The notes under the pieces were generated by a model that worked only from the letters and a program-made list of their open reading frames with translations, did no database searches and had not been told where the DNA came from. Both the position numbers and the translations under genes were made by a program. Of a stretch of 64,000 bases of DNA, positions 54,192 through 63,123 are shown piece by piece. Within the stretch, counting starts at the first letter, position 1. Each line of letters opens with the position of its first letter. The stretch is from an uncultured Dehalococcoidia bacterium (GTDB lineage Bacteria; Chloroflexota; Dehalococcoidia; Lucifugimonadales; CAZENU01), in assembly GCA_964513735.1 (NCBI GenBank), contig CAZENU010000004.1, forward strand, positions 14,064-78,063. Reading direction: 5' to 3'.

Positions 54192-55250
54192 CTAGGCGTC
54201 CACGTCGACTAGGGCGCCGCCGGCCTGCTGCGACTTGAGGAAGCCGGTCATTATCTGGACGGTCTTTCGCGCGTCTCTACCCGTCGAGACGCCTTCGCCG
54301 CCGTTCTCGATGAGGCCGATCAGCTCTTCATAGGCGGCGACGTAGCTGACGGTCTCGTACTCGCCCTGCGGCAGCCTGTGACGGCCTATTCCTCCGGACT
54401 CGTTCGTCAGGAGGACCTCCGCCAGTCCCGAGGACCTGTCGAACAGGACTTTGCCCTTCGGCCCCGCGAGCTCGTAGGTCGAGCCTGTGACCGTGTTCTT
54501 GCTCGCCGAGAAGTAGGCGCGGACCCCGTTCCGGAACATGATGAAGCCGCTTACACCCGGGTCGTTGCGTGGGAGCTTCCCGCCGTCGCCTTTGTACTCG
54601 TCCCAGTCCTCGAACCCCTCTTCCAGACGCGCGAACACCTGGACCGGGTCCGACTCCGCGAAAAAGCAGATGCCGTCGATGGAGTGCGTGCCGTTGCGGA
54701 AGAGCATCGCCCGCGGGCCGCCCAGTACGGCGATGATGTTGTGCAGCGGGCCTATAACCCCGGAGCGGATGACGTCTCGCACGGCGTGGTACTGCGGGAG
54801 CCACCTCATGGTGTGGCCGACAGAGATCGGGACCCCGTGCTCCTCGCACGCCCCCAGGATGCGGTCGGCGTCCTCGACAGTGGTGGCCAGGGGCTTCTCT
54901 ACGAACAGCCCTTCGATCCCCGCCTCGACCCCATCGACGGCGACGGCGGCGTGTTTGTCGTCTCCCGTGGCAACCGTGAGGATGTCCAGGTCCTCGTTTT
55001 GTAGCATTTCGCGGTGGCTCGTGTAGCGCGTGGCGTTGGGCCAGCGATCGCCCCACTTCTGCAGGAAGCCGTCTAGGAGCTCCGGCACGAGGTCGCAGAC
55101 GCCGACGATATCGACGCCATCCATGAGGGAGAGGCAGTAGGTGTGGCTGTTGTTGATCTCGTTTCGCAGCGGCCAGGGCGCCGGACCTGGTGCGCCGGTT
55201 GTGATACCCGACAGGCCGACGATACCGACCCGATAGGTCTTGCTTGCCAT
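54192..55250 (-). CDS. Gfo/Idh/MocA-family oxidoreductase (paralogue 1)
   Basis: N-terminal Rossmann YRVGIVGLSG, EKPLATT motif, and a C-terminal alpha/beta domain. Confidence 0.85.
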   Translation of the reverse strand: MASKTYRVGIVGLSGITTGAPGPAPWPLRNEINNSHTYCLSLMDGVDIVGVCDLVPELLDGFLQKWGDRWPNATRYTSHREMLQNEDLDILTVATGDDKHAAVAVDGVEAGIEGLFVEKPLATTVEDADRILGACEEHGVPISVGHTMRWLPQYHAVRDVIRSGVIGPLHNIIAVLGGPRAMLFRNGTHSIDGICFFAESDPVQVFARLEEGFEDWDEYKGDGGKLPRNDPGVSGFIMFRNGVRAYFSASKNTVTGSTYELAGPKGKVLFDRSSGLAEVLLTNESGGIGRHRLPQGEYETVSYVAAYEELIGLIENGGEGVSTGRDARKTVQIMTGFLKSQQAGGALVDVDA

Positions 55251-55267
55251 CGCTCTCTCCTTAGTCG

Positions 55268-56341
55268 CTACGCCGGCACGTCTATCAGCCGCGAGCCCTG
55301 CTGGTGCGACTGAAGAAAGCCCGTCATTATCTGTATCGTCTTGCGGGCCTCCCGCGCCGGGGAGACGCTGCTGACGCCGTTCTCGATCACGTCCATCAGC
55401 TCGCGGTACCCGGCCGGGATGCCGATGATTTGGTATTGGTTTGGCACGATAGTCTGGACGCTTGTTCCCAGCGGCGACGTGACGTGGCCGGTGGTCAGCC
55501 TGGCCGAGTCACCGTTCATCTCGAACTCGATGTTCCCCTCGCTGCCGGTCACCATCATTCCCGTCGAATAGAACGAGTTGTGGATCGTGCTGGTGTACGA
55601 TGCCCTCACCCCGTTGCTGAATATGATCGTGCCGATGGCGCCGGGCTCGGTGCCCTTGGTGCGGCCACCGTCCCCCCGGTACCTGTCCCAGTCGTCGAAT
55701 CCTTCATCGAGCAGCGCGGACACCTTGACTGGAGCGGAGTCGATCACGAAGCACATGACGTCGATGAAGTGGGTGCCGTTCCGGAACAGGGTCGCCGCGG
55801 GCCCGAAGTGGCGCAACGCGGCCGCTCCGACCTCGCCGATCGCGCCGTCACGCATGGCCTGTCGTACGGTGTGTACCAGAGGGCGGTACCGTCGTGTGTG
55901 GTCGACGTTGAGCACGACGTTGTTGGCCTCACAGGCCGCAATCATGCTGTCGGCGTCTTCGAGGCTCGTGGCCAGCGGCTTCTCGACGAAGATTCCCTTG
56001 ACGCCGGAGTGGGCCACCTCGACGGTCACGGCCGCGTGGGCGTGGTCCGCCGTGGCGATGCCGACTATGTCCAGCTTTTCGTTGGCGAGCATCTCGCCGA
56101 CGTTGGCGTAGGTCCGCGTTTCGGGGAGATCTTTGCCCCACAGGTCCTTGAAGCGGTCCACGGCCGCCGGAGCGATGTCGCAGACGGCGACCAGCTCGAC
56201 GTTAGGCAGGCCGTGTATCGTGTGGACGTGGCGGTTGAGGACCTCGCGCGCAAACGGCGGCGGATCGGCTTCCTGCCGGCTCCGGCCGGTCGCGATGCCC
56301 CCCAGCCCGACGATGGCGGCCCGGTAGGTCTGTTCGCTCAT
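55268..56341 (-). CDS. Gfo/Idh/MocA-family oxidoreductase (paralogue 2)
   Basis: YRAAIVGLGG, EKPLATS. The C-terminus TIQIMTGFLQSHQQG parallels the neighbour's TVQIMTGFLKSQQAG. Confidence 0.85.
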   Translation of the reverse strand: MSEQTYRAAIVGLGGIATGRSRQEADPPPFAREVLNRHVHTIHGLPNVELVAVCDIAPAAVDRFKDLWGKDLPETRTYANVGEMLANEKLDIVGIATADHAHAAVTVEVAHSGVKGIFVEKPLATSLEDADSMIAACEANNVVLNVDHTRRYRPLVHTVRQAMRDGAIGEVGAAALRHFGPAATLFRNGTHFIDVMCFVIDSAPVKVSALLDEGFDDWDRYRGDGGRTKGTEPGAIGTIIFSNGVRASYTSTIHNSFYSTGMMVTGSEGNIEFEMNGDSARLTTGHVTSPLGTSVQTIVPNQYQIIGIPAGYRELMDVIENGVSSVSPAREARKTIQIMTGFLQSHQQGSRLIDVPA

Positions 56342-56400
56342 CTAGTCTCCCTCCGTTGCGGCGCGGGCGGAGTCATCATGCGCGCCGTCGGCGACCGGGA

Positions 56401-56814
56401 TCACTCGCCGCGAGGCCCGCCTGCCCTGATTTGCCAGCCGCTCGGATTGATGTCCATGGCCAGCCCCTCGGGGCTCATGAACTTCTTCTCACCGACCCAA
56501 TTGTCAGGGGTCCCATCGGCGTTGCCGTAGGTCTGATTCCAGAAGGTAAGCTCCTCGGCACCTAGCTCCGCGAGCTTCCTCTCCGCTTGGTCGAGGTCCT
56601 CGACGTGGACGCCGAAGTGGTGCAGTCCCGGAGTGCCGCCACCGTAGCGGTCGTACTGGAACCGGAGCAGCGTCACGTTAATGTAGCCGTCGCTGAGCAC
56701 CATCGACTCGTTGTCGGGATCACTGCTGACCTCGATCAAACCGAAGGCCTCTTTCATGAACACGCCGGTTCTCTGGTCGTGATCCCGATGTGCCGGATGT
56801 TCGGCATGGCTCAC
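56401..56814 (-). CDS. VOC (glyoxalase/bleomycin resistance/dioxygenase) family protein
   Basis: 137 aa, GLHHFGVHVEDLDQAERKLAELGAE. Confidence 0.7.
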   Translation of the reverse strand: MSHAEHPAHRDHDQRTGVFMKEAFGLIEVSSDPDNESMVLSDGYINVTLLRFQYDRYGGGTPGLHHFGVHVEDLDQAERKLAELGAEELTFWNQTYGNADGTPDNWVGEKKFMSPEGLAMDINPSGWQIRAGGPRGE

Positions 56815-57093
56815 CTCTTGAATGGATACCTGCGTCCTTCTAGCCCTCGCGTAGAATCAGAGGGGCTTGTCACCCTCGGATCGGCCCCCGTGCTGACCCG
56901 CGCAGATGGTACTTGCGGCCAATAGCCTTGTCAACAGCTCGAGACCGGCTATGTGGCCGACCGTTTTGCGGCCGACGGCGTAGGGGCGTATCCTTCTTCT
57001 GCGTGCCAGTGGCGCTCTGCACCGATGTGACATAAGGGCACTCGGGGCAGCGGAGTGGGTGGCAGGCGTCACGACTGGGAAAGGCGGTGGGCG

Positions 57094-58089
57094 ATGGCGA
57101 AGATGCAGAGACTGGTGAAGCTGGAGGGCTTCGGCAACGTGCAGATGGCCCAGGCCGACGTCCCGGTGCCCAGGCCCGACGAGGTCCTGGTGCGGCTTAG
57201 CCACAGCCTGATCAGCCGGGGTTCGGAGCTGTTCCGTCGCTACGTGCTGGAGGAGGCCGTGTCGCCCTCGATGATGGGCTACTCGGCCGCGGGCGAGGTG
57301 GTCGAGGCTGGTAGCGCCGTCACCGGCATACAGCCGGGAGACCGCGCCATGGTCGTTGCGCCTCACGCCCAATACGGGACCGGCTCGCCCCATGGGGTCG
57401 CCCCCACGGCCTTTGTTCTGCCGCCGGACCTAGACGACGAGACGGCGACCTTCCTGCCCCTGTCCATCAGCGCCGTCCAGTGGATGCGGCACACTCCCAT
57501 GGACGAAGGCGACACCGTGGTGGTCATGGGGCAAGGGCTCGTCGGGCTGCTATGCGCCCAGGCGGTACGCGAGCGGCGGCCCGGCCGCGTCATCGCGGTC
57601 GACGCCTACGAACTCAGGTGTCGCATCGCCGGTGAGTGCGGCGCCGACGAGGTGATCAACGTCTCGGACACCGACCCGGTGGAGGCGGTCATGGACCGTA
57701 CCGGCGGCGTCGGCGCGGACGTGGTCATAGAGTGCGTCGGGGGCACGGCCGGGGTGGAGTCGTTCAAGCAGGCGCAGCGGATGACCCGGGCCGGGGGAGT
57801 CATTCACCTCATCGCCAAGTACCAGGCGGGCGACGGGGTGGCCGGCTCGGGCGTCCTGCCGCTGGACTCTGACGTGATGATGAACAAGCGGCTCGTCGCC
57901 GGCGTGCCCTCGCGTGAACCCCCGCCCAGTCCCGTCGAGGACGCGGCCCGGATCCTCGTGGACGGGCGTATCCAGGTGGAGCCGATCATTACCCACAGAC
58001 TGTCGTGGCAGCAGGCGCCGGACGCCTACCACATGCTCTATCACGAGCCGGCCAGGGCACTGGGCGTCGTGCTGGGGTGGGACGAGTAG
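57094..58089 (+). CDS. Zinc-type alcohol/polyol dehydrogenase family protein
   Basis: GYSAAGEVVEAGSAV, GDRAMV, VVMGQGLVGLLCAQ nucleotide-binding motif. Start ATG 57094 (track start 57055). Confidence 0.8.
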   Translation: MAKMQRLVKLEGFGNVQMAQADVPVPRPDEVLVRLSHSLISRGSELFRRYVLEEAVSPSMMGYSAAGEVVEAGSAVTGIQPGDRAMVVAPHAQYGTGSPHGVAPTAFVLPPDLDDETATFLPLSISAVQWMRHTPMDEGDTVVVMGQGLVGLLCAQAVRERRPGRVIAVDAYELRCRIAGECGADEVINVSDTDPVEAVMDRTGGVGADVVIECVGGTAGVESFKQAQRMTRAGGVIHLIAKYQAGDGVAGSGVLPLDSDVMMNKRLVAGVPSREPPPSPVEDAARILVDGRIQVEPIITHRLSWQQAPDAYHMLYHEPARALGVVLGWDE

Positions 58090-58137
58090 AGAACGGGCGC
58101 CGGTCGAGCGGTAAGCGGAGGCGGGCCGGCAGCTTGT

Positions 58138-58737
58138 CTAGCGGTCCAGCAGGTATTTCACCAGCGCCCACCGCTCTGCCTCGGTGAGTAGCAGCCTGAA
58201 CTGGGGCATTGGCGACGTCGACCGTCTGCCGCGGAAGTTCGCAGCGGAGCCCTGACGACCGCCCCACGAGATGAACGCGAACAGGTCTCCGGGCGTGGCG
58301 TCTTGGGTCAGAGACAGGTTCAGGTCGGCGGGTGGGGGAGACAGGCCCTGGTCACGCATCATCTGGCCCATCTTGCCGTCGCCGTCCATGCCCTCGCCGT
58401 GACACACCGCGCAGTTGACCCGGAAGAGCTCGGCCGCATTCCCTGCATCGTAGCTCTCCACGACGGCTGCGGGTATCTGAAGCCCTTCGTGGGCCGCCAG
58501 CGACGTGTAGCGCAGCTCCCTGCCGGTGAACGGAACGGAGTCGGGCGGAGGCAGCAGCCGTGGCCCCTCCTGCGACCGGTACGACGGCTGGTAGTGCATC
58601 TCGTTGAATATCTCGATGAAGTTCCCGGACTCGGGGAACGCGGGCAGGCCGCTACAGCCTATGGAGGCTACCGTCAGCGCGGCCATCACTACGGCCGCGC
58701 TCCAGAGTCGCCTGTTCTTGTGTTTCTTAACAGTCAA
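58138..58737 (-). CDS. actE: Monohaem cytochrome c, probable lipoprotein (ActE-like)
   Basis: Single CAVCH haem motif, basic n-region KKHKNRR, then ..TVASIGC. It is the last gene of the ACIII-like operon. TTG start. Confidence 0.7.
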   Translation of the reverse strand: MTVKKHKNRRLWSAAVVMAALTVASIGCSGLPAFPESGNFIEIFNEMHYQPSYRSQEGPRLLPPPDSVPFTGRELRYTSLAAHEGLQIPAAVVESYDAGNAAELFRVNCAVCHGEGMDGDGKMGQMMRDQGLSPPPADLNLSLTQDATPGDLFAFISWGGRQGSAANFRGRRSTSPMPQFRLLLTEAERWALVKYLLDR

Positions 58738-58792
58738 CGTAGTCAGCTCGTTCTATTTCATCACTGTATGATCGGAGCGAAAAACGCGGGCA

Positions 58793-58838
58793 GGAACCCC
58801 TCCCCAGATCCTTCGTCGTCGGACTCCTCAGGATGACA
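58793..58838. repeat. Repeat arm related to 63061..63103 (actD-actE spacer)
   Basis: ggaacccctccccagatccttcgtcgtcggactcctcaggatgaca versus ggaacccgacacccccagatgcttcgcttcgctcagaatgaca. They share GGAACCC..CCCCAGAT.CTTCG...CTCAG.ATGACA blocks. Confidence 0.55.
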
Positions 58839-58851
58839 TTGTGCCCGCGGG

Positions 58852-59394
58852 TCAATCGCCCTCCCAGCCTCGCTTGATGTCCTCGGCGCCGGCCTCTTTC
58901 AGTACCGCCTCGGCGTTGGAAATCCTGTCCTTCTCAGTGGTGACCACGATGCCGATGTACCCCTCGGTAATGCGGTCGTCGTAGGCGCCCGCGAACAGCC
59001 GCGGCAGCCTGGACTCGAAGACGATACCGAACACGGTCATGATGATGGCGCCCAGCATCGTGCCTTCGTACATCACGATGGCCATGGGTGGTATCGACAG
59101 GATCGGCTTGCCGCCGGTCACTACCGGGTAGGCGATCTGCGTCCCCACCGTGAGCAGCAGGCCAATGATGAAGCCGCATGCGGCGCCCAGCAGCGGGAAC
59201 CGGTATAGCTTATGCACAGGCTCGGCTTCGCCGAAAGTGCCCTCGGGGTACGGGGTGCCGGTCAGCACCTCGTACTCGGCCTGCGTGAAGCCTGCCTCGC
59301 TCAACGCGTCCATCGCGTCGGCCGCGGGATCGGGGTCCTGAAAGAGCCCGATAACGCTCTTGATGTCAGCCGCTGCGTTCATCGAAAGTGCCAT
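58852..59394 (-). CDS. actD: DUF3341 protein (ACIII subunit ActD-like)
   Basis: 180 aa. IGLFQDPDPAADAMDALSEAGF, two TM helices, GGKPILSIPP. This matches the ActD/DUF3341 pattern. Confidence 0.8.
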   Translation of the reverse strand: MALSMNAAADIKSVIGLFQDPDPAADAMDALSEAGFTQAEYEVLTGTPYPEGTFGEAEPVHKLYRFPLLGAACGFIIGLLLTVGTQIAYPVVTGGKPILSIPPMAIVMYEGTMLGAIIMTVFGIVFESRLPRLFAGAYDDRITEGYIGIVVTTEKDRISNAEAVLKEAGAEDIKRGWEGD

Positions 59395-59404
59395 TTTCAG
59401 CGCC

Positions 59405-60778
59405 TCACTCTCGGATAGAGGCGGGCACGGTCCGCCTGCCGATCTTGATCTCGTCTTTGCCGACCATGCTTTCTTTGATGTCGAACAGCGGCAACAGCGG
59501 GAATACCTTGGAGAAGATGAGCATGCCCAGGCTCACCCAGGCGAAGACCGCGATGACCATGAGGATCTCGATGATGCTGGGCCGGTAGGAGCCCCATTCG
59601 AAGATCATGGGCGATTTGCGCAACAGGGCGGGAACGATGATGAGAAAACGCTCCAGCCACATGCCGACGTTGACCAACAGGGAGGTCAGGAACATCAGGA
59701 GCAGATTGCGGCGGACCCTCTTGAATAGCCACAGTGGCACCGGTATGAAGAAGGCCGTGGTGAGGAACAGGCCGAATAGACCGCTCATGGGCCAGTCGAA
59801 TATCTGCAGCTCCCTCAGCGCGATCTCAGGACCCTCGAGGGTGTACAGAGCGAATACCCACTCGAGGAAGAAGAAGAAGAACCAGGTAGTCGCCACCACG
59901 ATCAGGAGCCGTCCGATGGCGTCGAAGTGGTCCGGTCGCAGGTAGTTGTCCCACTTCCACAGCCAGACCATCAGCACCATCACGGTCACCACGGCGGAGA
60001 CTCCGGAGTGGATGGCGCCGATGATGAAGTAGGGCGCGAAGATGGTGGAGTGCCAGCCCTCCGTGCCGATCTGGACCGCGAAGTCCCAGGAGACGATGCT
60101 GTGTACCGAGACGAACACCGGCAGCACGAGCGCCGAGAGCAGGATGCCGGCCACCGCCTGCAGCTTCCACTGGCGAGGGGTGCCCCTCCAGCCCAGACAC
60201 ATGAACGAGTACATGACTCGGACCCATCCACGACTCTGGTCGCGGACGACGGCGAGGTCGGGCAGCAGGGCGACGAAGACGAAGAGCGAGCTGGCGATCA
60301 GGTATGTGTTGACGGCGCTGGGGTCCCAGATGAGGGGCGAGCGCACGTTCATCCAGATGCCTCTGGAGAAGTCGTAAGGGAAGACCCAGTAGGCGCGCCA
60401 CGGGCGGCCGGTGTGCACCAGCGCAGCGGCAAACATCGCACCCATCAGTGAGAAAACAGTCAACACCTCTGCGGCCCGGGTGATGGGCCGCCGCCACTCG
60501 GCCTGGGTCAGCCGCAAGATGGCCGAGATCATGATGCCCGCGTGGCTGATCCCGATCCAGAATACGAAGTTGACCATGTAGACGCCCCAAAAGACGGGGC
60601 GGTTGAGCCCCGTTACCCCGACGCCCTTGTTGATCATGTAGCCGAATGCGCCGGCGCCAATGAGGAACACCAGTATCAAGAAGGAGACGGACCCGAACCA
60701 CCACTTGGGCCAGACGAAAACACCCCTCAGCAGTTCGCGGTTGATCTCTTTTTGTGTGAGCTGTATGTGCTCTTGCAT
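59405..60778 (-). CDS. actC: NrfD/PsrC-like quinol-interacting membrane subunit (ActC-like)
   Basis: VNFVFWIGISHAGIMISAILRL, SVHSIVSWDFA, GWHSTIFAPYFIIGAIHSG, GMWLERFLIIVP. Start trimmed to ATG 60778. Confidence 0.85.
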   Translation of the reverse strand: MQEHIQLTQKEINRELLRGVFVWPKWWFGSVSFLILVFLIGAGAFGYMINKGVGVTGLNRPVFWGVYMVNFVFWIGISHAGIMISAILRLTQAEWRRPITRAAEVLTVFSLMGAMFAAALVHTGRPWRAYWVFPYDFSRGIWMNVRSPLIWDPSAVNTYLIASSLFVFVALLPDLAVVRDQSRGWVRVMYSFMCLGWRGTPRQWKLQAVAGILLSALVLPVFVSVHSIVSWDFAVQIGTEGWHSTIFAPYFIIGAIHSGVSAVVTVMVLMVWLWKWDNYLRPDHFDAIGRLLIVVATTWFFFFFLEWVFALYTLEGPEIALRELQIFDWPMSGLFGLFLTTAFFIPVPLWLFKRVRRNLLLMFLTSLLVNVGMWLERFLIIVPALLRKSPMIFEWGSYRPSIIEILMVIAVFAWVSLGMLIFSKVFPLLPLFDIKESMVGKDEIKIGRRTVPASIRE

Positions 60779-60827
60779 TTGCGTTATCTTTCGCCGCCCC
60801 CGACTAGTGTCGGCAGGGCGACGCTGG

Positions 60828-62219
60828 TTACTCCGGCTTGCCCAGTACCAGGACCTCCGTCCGGTGGAACTTCTTGTGGACCTTGTACAGGAGCAACTCT
60901 GTCTGTTCCCAGATGCTGATGACCGGCACGAGCCGAGCCACGAGCATGAAGACGAGCACGACTCCACCGAGGCCGCCGGCCCAGATGAGAATGTCCGCCA
61001 GCTCCGGAGTGACTGTCTCCGGAGACTGCTCTAGCAAGTGTGCCGCCGCATCTTCGCCGGGGATGGAGAACGCGGCCACGTAAATCCGCACCCTGTCCAG
61101 CAGCGTGCCGATCAGGACCCCGGACGCGACTAGGGTTGGGCCCCAGATGCTCTTGCGGATCGGGTTCCAGATCATCAGGAAGAAAGGCACGACGAAATTG
61201 AGCATGAAGGTCGTGATGAACATCCAGAAGTAGGGCCCAGTTATGAACAGGTCGAGCACCGCCTGCTCGTTGGGCTTCCTGCCGTACCAGAGGATGTTAA
61301 AGCTGGAGAACCAGAACCAGAACCACAGCAGCGACATGGCCATCAGCAGCTTGCCCAGGCTCCAGAACTGGTCAAGCTCGATGTACTCGCGATAGCCTGC
61401 CTTGCGCAGCACGATCATGGTCAGCAATACGGTCGCGGCCCCGCCCTGGAGCGAGGTGAAGGCCTGGGTCGCCGGGAACAGCGCGTCTATCCAGCCAGGC
61501 ACCAGCGCGATCGCGAAGTCGACGCTGATCAGGAAGTGGACGAAGACCAGCATCATGAAGTAGTAGGCGCCGAGGATGCCCACGCGCCGGTCCAGCATCT
61601 CCCACTGCCGAGTCGTGCCTTGCCATCCACGCGCCATGCGCCGAGCGATCCGTTGGCGGCGGCCCGTGGAGTGGTCGCGTATGGCGGCCAGGTCGGGCAG
61701 GCACGACACCCAGAGCATCGCGATGCCGCCGATGACCAGGAACAGCAGTGCCAGGGTGGCCCACAGATGTGGCGCGTACCCGTAGCCTGGGATGTCGCGG
61801 TGGCCGAAGAACCACAGGCTGCGACGCCCGTCTTCCAGGCTGGGCAGCACCCAGATCAGCGGGATGAATAGCAGTAGGTTGAGCACCCCCACCGCGGTGA
61901 ACATCTCGGCAATACGAGAGATGGGACGCCGCCAGTGGCCCTTGGCGAGCCTGGTTGCGATGGCGACCATGGGCGCCGCCTGGGCCGTCGAAAGGATGAA
62001 CACGAACAACGCGGCGTAGTAGCCCCAGATCGTCTTGTCGCTGACACCGTCGGACAGCCTCAGGACTACGCCTACGACACCCAGGACCACGAGCACGGCG
62101 CAAAGCAGGGCCACCCAGCGGAAGGCCGAGGCGGGAGTGGCGTACTTCCCCAGCAAGTCGTTGGTTATGCCCGCGGGGGTCGCCAGCGCGTGTTTTGCGT
62201 GCGAGGTGCCGTTAGTCAT
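60828..62219 (-). CDS. Second, more divergent NrfD-like membrane subunit (ActF-like)
   Basis: About 10 TM helices. It shares the NrfD scaffold (HWRRPISRIAEMFT, LPDLAAIRD, FLISVDFA) but lacks several ActC signature residues. ATG 62219 overlaps the actB2 stop by 8 nt (the track start at 62240 is also possible). Confidence 0.7.
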   Translation of the reverse strand: MTNGTSHAKHALATPAGITNDLLGKYATPASAFRWVALLCAVLVVLGVVGVVLRLSDGVSDKTIWGYYAALFVFILSTAQAAPMVAIATRLAKGHWRRPISRIAEMFTAVGVLNLLLFIPLIWVLPSLEDGRRSLWFFGHRDIPGYGYAPHLWATLALLFLVIGGIAMLWVSCLPDLAAIRDHSTGRRQRIARRMARGWQGTTRQWEMLDRRVGILGAYYFMMLVFVHFLISVDFAIALVPGWIDALFPATQAFTSLQGGAATVLLTMIVLRKAGYREYIELDQFWSLGKLLMAMSLLWFWFWFSSFNILWYGRKPNEQAVLDLFITGPYFWMFITTFMLNFVVPFFLMIWNPIRKSIWGPTLVASGVLIGTLLDRVRIYVAAFSIPGEDAAAHLLEQSPETVTPELADILIWAGGLGGVVLVFMLVARLVPVISIWEQTELLLYKVHKKFHRTEVLVLGKPE

Positions 62220-62991
62220 GAGCGACGGCTTCTGCTGCATCCTTGTCGACCTTCTTGAGATAGATCACGTTGGGCCGGGAGCCTAGGTCTTCAAACAGGC
62301 CATAGCCCCGGCCGCCTTCCTTGAGCTCCTTGGCGATGGCCCTGCCGGCCCTGCTCTTGGGCTCCGCGGGCATGGGTGTGTCGTTGTGAGCGGCCCCCAT
62401 CACGTCGGAGATGTCGCCGAATATCAGCGTGTCCGTCGGGCAGGCGTTGACGCAGGCCGGATTCAGGGCGCGATCGTCGTCCTCGACGGTCCGCCCCTGT
62501 CTCTCGCCCTGCTTCACCCGGCGGATGCGCTGCACGCAGAAGGAGCACTTCTCCATGATTCCCCGACTTCGGACCGTGACGTTGGGGTTGAGCTGGTTCT
62601 TCAGGCTCTCGGGCCATGCAGGCTCCCAGAAGTTGAAGAAACGAACGTGGTATGGGCAGTTGTTGGTGCAGAACCGGGTGCCGATACACCTGTTGTACAC
62701 TTGGACGTTGAGGCCTTCCTGGTTGTGGTAGGTGGCGAATACGGGACAGACCGGCTCGCACGGGGCGTTGTCGCAGTGCTGGCACATCACGGGGATGAAC
62801 CTGGCCTTGATGTCGGGGAACTCCCCTTCCCAGTACCGCTCGACCCTGATCCACTCGATCGGGCGCCTCTGCTTGAAGTGGGACTCTTCGTTTATTGGAA
62901 TGTTGTTTTCGGACTGGCATGCGACGACGCAGGCCTGGCAGCCGGTGCACCTGTCGATGTCGACCACCATCCCCCACTTCTCATTTGCCAT
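62212..62991 (-). CDS. 4Fe-4S dicluster subunit (ActB2 / PsrB-NrfC-like)
   Basis: WGMVVDIDRCTGCQACVVAC, CQHCDNAPCEPVCP, CIGTRFCTNNCPY, CNACPT Cys clusters. Confidence 0.85.
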   Translation of the reverse strand: MANEKWGMVVDIDRCTGCQACVVACQSENNIPINEESHFKQRRPIEWIRVERYWEGEFPDIKARFIPVMCQHCDNAPCEPVCPVFATYHNQEGLNVQVYNRCIGTRFCTNNCPYHVRFFNFWEPAWPESLKNQLNPNVTVRSRGIMEKCSFCVQRIRRVKQGERQGRTVEDDDRALNPACVNACPTDTLIFGDISDVMGAAHNDTPMPAEPKSRAGRAIAKELKEGGRGYGLFEDLGSRPNVIYLKKVDKDAAEAVAHD

Positions 62992-63026
62992 TGGTCAGTC
63001 TCCGGTCCCGGACCTGTGTCATGCTG

Positions 63027-63103
63027 AGGAACCTGGCTTTGCGACGAAGCATCTGCGGTGGGAACCCGACACCCCCAGATGCTTCGCTTCGCTCAGAATG
63101 ACA
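63027..63103. repeat. Imperfect palindromic element in the actB1-actB2 spacer
   Basis: tgtcatgctgagg...cgaagcatctg / cagatgcttcg...gctcagaatgaca. It has a perfect 11-bp inner complement plus outer arms with 1-2 mismatches. Confidence 0.65.
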
Positions 63104-63123
63104 TTTAGTTCGTTATCGCTATC

